From: an uncultured Eubacteriales bacterium
GTDB lineage: Bacteria > Bacillota > Clostridia > UBA1381 > UBA9506
Length of the DNA stretch: 64,000 nucleotides
Reading direction: 5' to 3'
NCBI GenBank assembly: GCA_949299615.1
Contig: CASGBM010000001.1
Location: 8,280 to 72,279 of the forward strand
Part shown: positions 16,055 to 23,592 of the stretch, piece by piece
Numbering within the stretch: the stretch's first letter is position 1
Layout of the letters: every line of letters starts with the position of its first letter
The notes under the pieces: model-generated
Told to the model about the DNA's origin: nothing
The model's input: only the letters and a program-made list of their open reading frames with translations
The model's database searches: none
Translations under genes and position numbers: made by a program

Positions 16055-16316
16055 GCCCACTTTTATTTTTCAAATTTGGGCTTTTGCCCACTTTTGATCG
16101 AATTTATAGTGATTCAGAAAGATATTTATCCTGAATTTTATGCATTTTGCCCACTTTTTCCGGGCTTTTGCCCACTTTTAAAAACAAAAGTGGGCTTGAA
16201 AAAATGCGATAGTGGTGCGGGTTTGCGGGTTTTTTGCCCACTTTCCCACTTTTTTTCCTTATTTAATCGCGATAAAAAAATTAAAAAAATATAATAATTG
16301 CGAAAAAAAAGTGGGC
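16055..16316. repeat. Iteron-like array: 8 copies of GCCCACTTT(T) (6 direct, 2 inverted)
   Basis: Direct copies at 16055, 16086, 16149, 16170, 16236 and (CCCACTTTT) 16245. Inverted AAAAGTGGGC at 16186 and 16307. Copies at 16170-79 and 16186-95 form a perfect 10-bp palindrome with a 6-nt spacer. Confidence 0.85.
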
Positions 16317-16390
16317 ATTTGGCCACAAACAATTTTTTGAAGAAAAATACGATTATATCTTCCCTTTTCTAGACAGGTGTGATATACTAA

Positions 16391-16518
16391 GTTTGCCACA
16401 CATTTTAATAATCATTTATTCGGGGAACACTTTGTGTAAAAGGTGTTTTCTCTCTTAACTTATACCCGAATACTTGGTTAAGATTGTGTGGCAACAATGA
16501 GGGATTGCACTTTTTATA
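16391..16518 (+). ncRNA. Structured 5' leader (three-way-junction fold), candidate cis-regulatory RNA; class not recognised
   Basis: P1 TTGCCACACA (16393-402) / TGTGTGGCAA (16485-94), perfect 10 bp. P2 16423-16450. P3 CTTAACT (16454-60) / GGTTAAG (16476-82). Confidence 0.35.
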
Positions 16519-16548
16519 GTGCGTCTCTTATTTGGGGCGCACTTTTTT
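16519..16548 (+). terminator. Leader terminator immediately upstream of the RBS of 16568
   Basis: Stem GTGCGTC/GGCGCAC (7 bp, one G-U), 10-nt loop, T6; RBS AAAGGAGGG follows at 16555. Confidence 0.5.
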
Positions 16549-16567
16549 AATTTTAAAGGAGGGTTAT

Positions 16568-17983
16568 ATGATGAAAAGAAAGACAATAATTAGTATCATT
16601 TTTATTTTAAGTTTGATGTGCACACAAGCGTTTGCGTCGGACATGGCAACCCCAACTTCTTCATCGGTATTTGTAAACGGATATGCAGTGACATTTGATG
16701 CGTATTTAATCGATGATAATAATTATTTTAAACTTCGTGATATCGCATATGTATTGAGTTATACGGAAAAACAGTTTGAGGTTGGATATGACGAAACATC
16801 AAATGCGATTTCTTTGACAAGTGGTCAATCATACACTTCTGTAGGAGGGGAACTGGCTTCTGGCGGTACGGAAGAAAAATCGTGTTCCGAAACTTCATCA
16901 AAAATATTGAAGGACGGAGTTGAAACTCAGTTTTCCGGATATTTAATAGATGGAAATAATTATTTTAAATTGCGTGACATAGGAGCGGCTTTCGATTTTA
17001 GCGTAGAATGGGATTCTTCCCAGAATGCAATCTTGATTGATACGTCGCGTGGATATATTTCCGAAAACGCATCGGCTAATAATGTTCCTTCTGGGTTTAC
17101 AAACGGTTATGAGCCGGCAGAGTTTTCAAAATATAATTCTCCTGCTTCTACCAACGGGCTCGGGGGAACGAATATATATATAGATGGCGTTATCTATCGA
17201 ACTAGTTTGGCGTCGGCTGGGGAATACGGTAATATTATTTTTGGTTATATTACGGACCATTCAGGGCATGATTGGGTCGCTATTCTTCACCATGATCTGG
17301 TCGTTTCTCAAAATGAATTTGATAGTATTATAGGAAAACCCATTGTTCTTTTGGGGTCATATGGAGGATTTTCCGAAACCGAAAAGATGCCTGTGATATA
17401 TATGTCCGAGTTGTGCTTAAAAGAAACCGGAGAAATAAAATACGGGATTCAAAAAATATTAGATTTAACAGATGATGAAACAAATAATACGAATGAAGCA
17501 GAAGATGGTAATACGGTCAATGAGGAATATGATTTATCAACGCCTTCTAAAATAACAAGTTATTTATCGGAACATTATGATTCCGTTGATACGGAAATGG
17601 GAACATGGAATTTTACGTTTTCTGTACTTGAAAATGATATGGAAATGTTCCCAAAAGATTATACGATTTGGGTCGAATATGATTTAGGTCAAATGAACGA
17701 TTTACAATATTCTAATAAATATTCGGAATCCCAAAAAGCGGAAACGAAACAGCAGTTAAAAGATTTTATGAAAACAATAGCCGACGACTTATTAAGTAAG
17801 ATCGACAATAAAAAAATAGAATGTTCATATCATTATAGTTATTATAAATATGAATATATTCAAGAAGGTTTGCAGGTACTTGAATATTGTACTTGGATTA
17901 ATTACGAGCCTGGTGGAAGTTACTCTGATACTCCAGTGTCCACGTTTAGATGGTACCCGGACTATGATGAGGAAATTTGGTAA
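16568..17983 (+). CDS. Secreted protein with two copper-amine-oxidase-N-terminal-like (stalk) repeats; moron
   Basis: Signal peptide MMKRKTIISIIFILSLMCTQAFAS. Repeats VFVNGYAVTFDAYLIDDNNYFKLRDIAYVL and ILKDGVETQFSGYLIDGNNYFKLRDIGAAF. Confidence 0.65.
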   Translation: MMKRKTIISIIFILSLMCTQAFASDMATPTSSSVFVNGYAVTFDAYLIDDNNYFKLRDIAYVLSYTEKQFEVGYDETSNAISLTSGQSYTSVGGELASGGTEEKSCSETSSKILKDGVETQFSGYLIDGNNYFKLRDIGAAFDFSVEWDSSQNAILIDTSRGYISENASANNVPSGFTNGYEPAEFSKYNSPASTNGLGGTNIYIDGVIYRTSLASAGEYGNIIFGYITDHSGHDWVAILHHDLVVSQNEFDSIIGKPIVLLGSYGGFSETEKMPVIYMSELCLKETGEIKYGIQKILDLTDDETNNTNEAEDGNTVNEEYDLSTPSKITSYLSEHYDSVDTEMGTWNFTFSVLENDMEMFPKDYTIWVEYDLGQMNDLQYSNKYSESQKAETKQQLKDFMKTIADDLLSKIDNKKIECSYHYSYYKYEYIQEGLQVLEYCTWINYEPGGSYSDTPVSTFRWYPDYDEEIW

Positions 17984-18015
17984 TTTATATATTTTTGTCA
18001 TATGGGGTGGTAACA

Positions 18016-18129
18016 ATGAGCAGAAAAAAGCGAAGCACATTAGGACTGATATTAGATTTTATTCTTGTTATTTGTACTGGCGGGCTGTGGCTGATTTGGA
18101 TTTTGATTCGGTATCTTAGAAATAGCTGA
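18016..18129 (+). CDS. Small membrane peptide (37 aa; below ORF-track cutoff)
   Basis: MSRKKRSTLGLILDFILVICTGGLWLIWILIRYLRNS; followed by a terminator. Confidence 0.4.
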   Translation: MSRKKRSTLGLILDFILVICTGGLWLIWILIRYLRNS

Positions 18130-18148
18130 TATAAATTGATATTTATTA

Positions 18149-18183
18149 GACAGAGATGCGTTTTTGCATCCCTGTCTTTTTTT
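18149..18183 (+). terminator. Rho-independent terminator closing the moron island
   Basis: Stem GACAGAGATGC/GCATCCCTGTC (one mismatch), 6-nt loop, T7. Confidence 0.7.
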
Positions 18184-18290
18184 GTGCGCGAAAAAAACAT
18201 TCCCTTTTATGAAGAGAGAATAAAAAAGTCATTTTTATAACATTCTCTTTTACTTTTATTGAACAACCACATGAAAGGAGGCCCATCCAG

Positions 18291-18581
18291 TTGCTGGAAC
18301 GAGATTTTCAAGCGAAACTCATCAAAGAATTAAAAACGAGATTTCCGAACTGCATTGTTGTGAAAAATGACGCGGAATATATTCAAGGGATTCCCGATCT
18401 AACGATTTTTTACAAAAATAAATGGGCCACTTTGGAATGTAAAAACAGTATGCGCGCAAAAAAGCAGCCCAACCAAGATTATTATGTGGAAACGATGAAT
18501 GAAATGTCTTTCTCAAGATTTATATATCCGGAAAATAAGGAGGAAATATTAAATGAACTTCAACAGGCATTCGAATCTTGA
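18291..18581 (+). CDS. VRR-NUC-like nuclease
   Basis: GIPDLTIFYKNKWATLECKNS fits the PD...(E)xK core of VRR-NUC; RBS GAAAGGAGG; TTG start. Confidence 0.55.
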   Translation: MLERDFQAKLIKELKTRFPNCIVVKNDAEYIQGIPDLTIFYKNKWATLECKNSMRAKKQPNQDYYVETMNEMSFSRFIYPENKEEILNELQQAFES

Positions 18582-19110
18582 AGGCCAACATGCTTTTCTA
18601 GGAGCAAGTAAATATCATTGGATCAATTACGACGAGCTGAAAGTTGCAGAATCATTTTCTAAATTTTTAGCAGTCCAAAAAGGAACGATACTTCATTCTT
18701 TCGCGGCGCAATGTATTTCACTCGGGCAGAAATTACCAAAGTCTAAAAAGACATTGAATATGTATGTAAACGATGCGATCGGATTTAAAATGACCCCCGA
18801 GCAAATTTTATATTACTCGGAAAATTGTTTTGGCACAGCGGATGCTATATGCTTTAGAAATGATTTTCTGAGAATTCATGATTATAAAAGTGGTGTCGTT
18901 CCGGCACACATGGAGCAGCTTGAAATTTATGCTGCTCTTTTTTGTTTGGAATATCATGTAAAACCGAATGATATTGAGACCGAGCTTCGCTTGTATCAAA
19001 ATGACGAAATATTATATCACCATCCAACGGCGGAAGATATTGTTCCGATTATGGATAAAATTATTACTTTCGATAAGATCATAAACAAAATAAAAGAACG
19101 GGAGGGTTAA
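18553..19110 (+). CDS. PD-(D/E)XK (Cas4/RecB-like) nuclease
   Basis: GTADAICF...LRIHDYKSG gives a D...D-x-K arrangement; RBS AAGGAGGA. Confidence 0.5.
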   Translation: MNFNRHSNLEGQHAFLGASKYHWINYDELKVAESFSKFLAVQKGTILHSFAAQCISLGQKLPKSKKTLNMYVNDAIGFKMTPEQILYYSENCFGTADAICFRNDFLRIHDYKSGVVPAHMEQLEIYAALFCLEYHVKPNDIETELRLYQNDEILYHHPTAEDIVPIMDKIITFDKIINKIKEREG

Positions 19111-19113
19111 ACT

Positions 19114-21789
19114 ATGAATCCTATAGCGGAAGATATTTTAATGCATTATGGAATGCCGAAACGTTCCGGAAGATATCCTTGGGGTTCTGGTGAAAACCCT
19201 TATCAGAGGAACGGGGATTTTTTAAGCAGGGTTGACGAACTAAAAAAGCAAGGCCTGAGCGAAACAGAAATCGCAAAATCCATGGGTCTTACTACCACGC
19301 AATATAGGACGCAAAAAGCCTTGGCTAAGGATGAACGAAGAGCTGTTGACGTCGCCACAGCAAAAGGCCTTAGGGAAAAAGGATATAGTTTGAACGAAAT
19401 CGCGAGCCAGATGGGCTATGCAAACGACTCTTCCGTCCGTTCTCTTTTAAACGAAGATTCAGAGGCCCGCATGAATCAGGCAAAAAAGACTGCCGAGTTT
19501 TTGAAAAAACAAATCGACGAAAAAGGTATGATCGATGTTGGGACCGGCGTCGAAAGAGAGCTCGGCATTTCAAAAGAAAAGCTGAATCAAGCACTTTATA
19601 TTTTGGAAATGGAAGGATATCCTGTTTATGGAGGAGGCGTTCCGCAGGTTACGAATCCCGGAAAGCAGACAAACATTAAAGTGATATGCCCTCCCGGAAC
19701 AGAACACAAAGAGATATATAATTTTGAAAATATTCATTCTGTCACAGATTATATTTCTCACGACGGCGGAGACACGTTTGATAAATTTGTATATCCTAAA
19801 AGCATGGATTCAAAAAGGATTAAAATCAGATATGCCGAAGATGGAGGAATACAAAAAGACGGAGTTGTTGAAATTCGTCGCGGTGTTGACGATCTTTCTT
19901 TAGGTGATTCACATTATGCTCAAGTCAGGATTCTCGTTGACGGTAAAAAATATATAAAAGGAATGGCTGTTTATTCTGATGATCTTCCTGATGGAGTCGA
20001 TTTGATATTTAATACCAATAAACCAAAAGGGACTCCGAAAGATGATGTTCTTAAAACAATAAAAGATGATCCTGATAACCCGTTTGGATCGCTGATAAAA
20101 GCGGGCGGACAAAGTTATTACATAGATAAAGACGGAAACCGGCAGCTTTCCTTAATCAATAAACGAGCAGAAGAAGGAGATTGGATGGATTGGTCGGATA
20201 AACTTCCCTCGCAGTTTTTATCGAAGCAAAGTATATCTTTGGTTAAAAAACAGCTCGACCTTACGGCAGCTGATAAAATTTCAGAGTTTGACGAGATTTG
20301 TTCCTTGACGAACCCGACAGTAAAAAAGGCTTTGCTAAAATCATTTTCTGACGACTGCGATGCTGCGGCGGTTCATTTGAAGGCGGCTGCTTTGCCAAGG
20401 CAGAAATACCAAGTTATTTTACCGATCACTTCCATGAAAGATAACGAAGTATATGCCCCCAATTATAAAAATGGCGAAACCGTTGCGCTTATCCGTTTTC
20501 CGCATGGAGGCACTTTTGAAATACCGATTTTAACTGTAAATAATAAGCATGGCGACGCTAAGAAAGCGTTGGGAAATGTAAAAGACGCGATCGGAATTAA
20601 CAGTAAAGTTGCCGAAAGATTGTCGGGTGCCGACTTTGACGGTGATGCCGTTATGGTGATACCTTGCAATTCTAGGAACAGCAAAGTTAAGATCACATCG
20701 CAGCCGCCGTTAAAAGGGCTTGAGGGTTTTGATCCTAAGATGGAATATCCGGAGCGTCCCGGAATGAAGTATATGAAAAATACACAGACGGAAATGGGTA
20801 TTATTTCAAACCTGATAACAGACATGACGTTAAAAGGAGCGAGTCAGGATGAACTGGCGCGAGCTGTTCGGCATAGCATGGTTGTTATCGATGCTGAAAA
20901 ACATAAGCTGAATTATAGACAAAGCGAAATCGATAACGGAATCGATTCTTTAAAAAGGAAGTATCAAGGGAGGATCGGTGAAGATGGCAAATACCATGAG
21001 GGCGCGTCGACGCTAATCTCCCGGTCTAAGTCGGAAGTGTCTGTAACGAAACGGCAAGGAAGCCCTATCATAGATAAGGAAACCGGTAAACAAACATGGA
21101 AAGAAGTAGACGAGCCAACTTATGTCGATAAGAGAACTGGCAAAGTGAAAAGAAGAACTCAGGCAAGCACGGCTATGGCTGAAACGAATGATGCACACAG
21201 CCTTTCTTCCGGACATCCGATAGAAGAGGTTTATGCGGATTATGCCAATAAGATGAAATCTTTAGGAAACAGAGCCAGAAAAGAGATGGTTACAACCGGT
21301 AAAATAGCCTATTCTGCTTCAGCAAAAGCGACATATCAGAAAGAAGTGGACTCCCTAAACTCGAAACTGAACATCTCTTTAAAAAATGCTCCACGAGAAA
21401 GACAAGCACAAACTATTGCTAATGCCGTAGTTGAAGCTAAAAAGCAGGACAATCCTGATATGACAAAAGGGGAAATTAAGAAGGTCAGCCAGCAAGCTTT
21501 AACCCAAGCAAGAATTAATGTTGGAGCTAAAAGAGAAACAATAAAGATTACAGATAGAGAATGGGAAGCGATACAAGCCGGAGCGATTAGTGAGAATAAA
21601 CTAACGCAGATCATAAACAATGTCGACATGGATGATTTAAGACAACGGGCTACGCCTCGTGCTAAAACTTCTTTGAGCACTGCAAAAATTAACAAGATCG
21701 CTGCAATGAACGCTTCTGGTTACAGTACCTCAGAAATAGCCGAAGCTCTTGGAATTTCTTCTTCTACTGTATCGAAACACTTGAGTTGA
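19114..21789 (+). CDS. Putative single-subunit two-barrel (YonO/RdRP/beta-prime-like) RNA polymerase with HTH segments
   Basis: VALIRFPHGGTFEIPILTV...AIGINSKVAERLSGADFDGDAVMVIP, with ADFDGD at 20629-20646. HTH-like segments: LSETEIAKSMGLTTTQY, YSLNEIASQMGYANDSSVRSLL and C-terminal GYSTSEIAEALGISSSTVSKHL. Confidence 0.5.
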   Translation: MNPIAEDILMHYGMPKRSGRYPWGSGENPYQRNGDFLSRVDELKKQGLSETEIAKSMGLTTTQYRTQKALAKDERRAVDVATAKGLREKGYSLNEIASQMGYANDSSVRSLLNEDSEARMNQAKKTAEFLKKQIDEKGMIDVGTGVERELGISKEKLNQALYILEMEGYPVYGGGVPQVTNPGKQTNIKVICPPGTEHKEIYNFENIHSVTDYISHDGGDTFDKFVYPKSMDSKRIKIRYAEDGGIQKDGVVEIRRGVDDLSLGDSHYAQVRILVDGKKYIKGMAVYSDDLPDGVDLIFNTNKPKGTPKDDVLKTIKDDPDNPFGSLIKAGGQSYYIDKDGNRQLSLINKRAEEGDWMDWSDKLPSQFLSKQSISLVKKQLDLTAADKISEFDEICSLTNPTVKKALLKSFSDDCDAAAVHLKAAALPRQKYQVILPITSMKDNEVYAPNYKNGETVALIRFPHGGTFEIPILTVNNKHGDAKKALGNVKDAIGINSKVAERLSGADFDGDAVMVIPCNSRNSKVKITSQPPLKGLEGFDPKMEYPERPGMKYMKNTQTEMGIISNLITDMTLKGASQDELARAVRHSMVVIDAEKHKLNYRQSEIDNGIDSLKRKYQGRIGEDGKYHEGASTLISRSKSEVSVTKRQGSPIIDKETGKQTWKEVDEPTYVDKRTGKVKRRTQASTAMAETNDAHSLSSGHPIEEVYADYANKMKSLGNRARKEMVTTGKIAYSASAKATYQKEVDSLNSKLNISLKNAPRERQAQTIANAVVEAKKQDNPDMTKGEIKKVSQQALTQARINVGAKRETIKITDREWEAIQAGAISENKLTQIINNVDMDDLRQRATPRAKTSLSTAKINKIAAMNASGYSTSEIAEALGISSSTVSKHLS

Positions 21790-21803
21790 AAGGAGTGAAC
21801 TGA

Positions 21804-22055
21804 ATGAATAGTTCTTACATGATAACCACATTTGACAATCCTTTTGATCCATTCGAACAGTTCACTCAGTGGTTCTTATTCGATGTGGAAAAAGGGTATA
21901 ACACTTGCTCCTATTTAGGAAGAATCGCTCGAACATCTGAACAGCTTTCAGAGGAAGAAAACGATTTGGAAATTGAAAGAGCAATTGACGAAATCATTAA
22001 ATACGACTTTAGGAACATCTACAAAAAAGTAAAGAAAAAAAGTTCTGCTGCGTAA
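21804..22055 (+). CDS. Phage hypothetical protein
   Basis: RBS GAAAGGAG; TTFDNPFDPFEQFTQWFLFDVEKGYNTCSYLGRIA looks like a conserved Firmicute-phage small protein of unknown function (recollection only). Confidence 0.55.
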   Translation: MNSSYMITTFDNPFDPFEQFTQWFLFDVEKGYNTCSYLGRIARTSEQLSEEENDLEIERAIDEIIKYDFRNIYKKVKKKSSAA

Positions 22056-22211
22056 AACACTTCGTTGAATTCGATAAAACAACATTAATTTTGTACTGTA
22101 TAGGCTTTGTTATCTATTTTACGATACATAAGTTTGAAAAAATGTTATCAATTGATGATTTAACTCATGTAAAAAGAAGGTTTTTTGCTTCTTCCCATAT
22201 ATGGACGTATA

Positions 22212-22256
22212 TTGATACACGGGGAGGGGGTACTAAAATACCACCCCCCCTCTTGT
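22212..22256 (+). promoter_or_regulatory. Candidate sigma-A promoter overlapping a G-run/C-run hairpin (possible late promoter and/or cos-region element)
   Basis: TTGATA (22212-17), 16-nt spacer, TAAAAT (22234-39). GGGGAGGGGG (22221-30) pairs with CCACCCCCCC (22241-50). TCTTGT follows. Confidence 0.35.
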
Positions 22257-22545
22257 ATCGCGGCGGTCTTCAAAAATTCTCCGGGGGTAAATTTTTAGAG
22301 GCGTTTTATAGGTGGTAAAGTGTTTAGACGAGCTTACTAGGTTAGCCGGGATTGATCAAGCCAATCTTCTTTCATTTTTATTTCTCCTTTCGGTGAATGA
22401 AAAGCCTAATTTGGTAAGCTCTTTTAAATACTTTACCATTATTAAAAGAAGAGAAAACCATAAGGATACAGATAGAGACCTAGAATGTAATTATGTTGAA
22501 CCGAACTGAAAACTGCGAAGAACAATTAGAGAGGAGGCAGGAAGT

Positions 22546-22887
22546 ATGGCAAAAAGAAAATCTGCAAACTCTTCTGATTCTTTAAAAAAAATAAAACCGG
22601 CTTTATCTCCGGAAGCGAGAGAAAATCAGTTGATTTCTTTGGCCGTCGACCTTGCTGAAAAACAGTTGCTCGAAGGAACTGCTTCTTCTCAGGTAATATC
22701 GCATTTTTTAAAACTCGGCTCTACAAAGGAAAGAATCGAAAAAGAAATTTTAGAGAAGCAGAAAGAGTTGATAGAAGCAAAGACGCAGAATTTGCAATCG
22801 GCAAAACGGATCGAAGAATTATATGCAAATGCGCTTGAAGCAATGCGAAGTTATGGCGGAGGAAAAAATGATCGTGAAGAATATTAA
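22546..22887 (+). CDS. Terminase small subunit (putative)
   Basis: Position upstream of HNH and terL; RBS GAGGAGG; conserved-looking ENQLISLAVDLAEKQLLEGTASSQVISHFLKLGS. Confidence 0.55.
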   Translation: MAKRKSANSSDSLKKIKPALSPEARENQLISLAVDLAEKQLLEGTASSQVISHFLKLGSTKERIEKEILEKQKELIEAKTQNLQSAKRIEELYANALEAMRSYGGGKNDREEY

Positions 22888-23293
22888 AACATATTCCGAA
22901 TTGGTAAAGCTATCGAGTTTTAAAGAACGTTATAACTATCTGAAACTGAACGGAGCTGTCGGAAAAGAAACGTTTGGATTTGATAGGTTCATCAATCAAA
23001 ACTTTTACAGATCAAGCAAGTGGAAAAAAATTCGGGATTATGTAATCATCCGGGACAACGGGTGCGACTTGGGGATGGACGGATATATGATTTACGGAAA
23101 AATTATTATACATCATATGAATCCAATTTCCATTAACGATATTATGGAAAACAGCGAGTTTTTAACAGATCCCGAATATTTAATTTCAACCGTTCATGCT
23201 ACGCATAATGCGATCCATTACGGAGATGAAAATTTTATCATGTCTTTTCCTATGGAGAGAACAAAACATGACACATGTCCGTGGAAAAGGTGA
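22868..23293 (+). CDS. HNH endonuclease (packaging-associated)
   Basis: DNGCDLG...IIHHMNPIS...HATHNAIH; ATG 22868 after GGCGGAGGA. Confidence 0.75.
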   Translation: MIVKNIKTYSELVKLSSFKERYNYLKLNGAVGKETFGFDRFINQNFYRSSKWKKIRDYVIIRDNGCDLGMDGYMIYGKIIIHHMNPISINDIMENSEFLTDPEYLISTVHATHNAIHYGDENFIMSFPMERTKHDTCPWKR

Positions 23294-23311
23294 AAAGGGA
23301 GGAAAGTTCAA

Positions 23312-23581
23312 ATGAATGAACGAATTAAATCTGGCGATTTACTTTATTCCGATTCGGAATTAAAAAAAGAACCGATATTTAGAATCGGAGTTGTTACTGA
23401 TTGTGATCGTTTAAACATTCTTGAATGTCCGAAACCGGATGCGGAGATTATTTGTAAAATAACAGCCCTTTCTGAATTAATGATCGACGACAGCAAGTCA
23501 AGCGGCGAATGGTTAAGCGTTTGTACGGAAGCCGGATTGGAAGGGTTTTGTTTGAGAAAATTCGTAGCGGTTCGGCAGTAA
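23312..23581 (+). CDS. Phage hypothetical protein (SH3-like?)
   Basis: RBS AAGGGAGG; 89 aa. Confidence 0.45.
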   Translation: MNERIKSGDLLYSDSELKKEPIFRIGVVTDCDRLNILECPKPDAEIICKITALSELMIDDSKSSGEWLSVCTEAGLEGFCLRKFVAVRQ

Positions 23582-23592
23582 AGGAGATCGAT

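Noticed and set aside
16055-16316. Iteron array as a CRISPR array or as DnaA boxes
   Set aside because: The repeats are only ~10-14 bp, in both orientations, with irregular 9-63 bp gaps, so this is not CRISPR architecture. The best alignment to the DnaA box TTATCCACA is only about 6 of 9, so a DnaA-box cluster is not supported.
16076-16332. ORF-track ORFs 16076..16294 (+) and 16138..16332 (-)
   Set aside because: The translations are just the iteron read repeatedly (FCPL... / KWESGQK...). They have no RBS, and the region is better explained as a DNA-level repeat array.
22091-22509. ORFs 22091..22318 and 22312..22509 in the gap before terS
   Set aside because: They have no convincing RBS, odd composition and non-ATG starts. 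One translation includes GGG/PPP from the G-run/C-run element. The region is more plausibly a non-coding cos or leader region. A small gene cannot be fully excluded.
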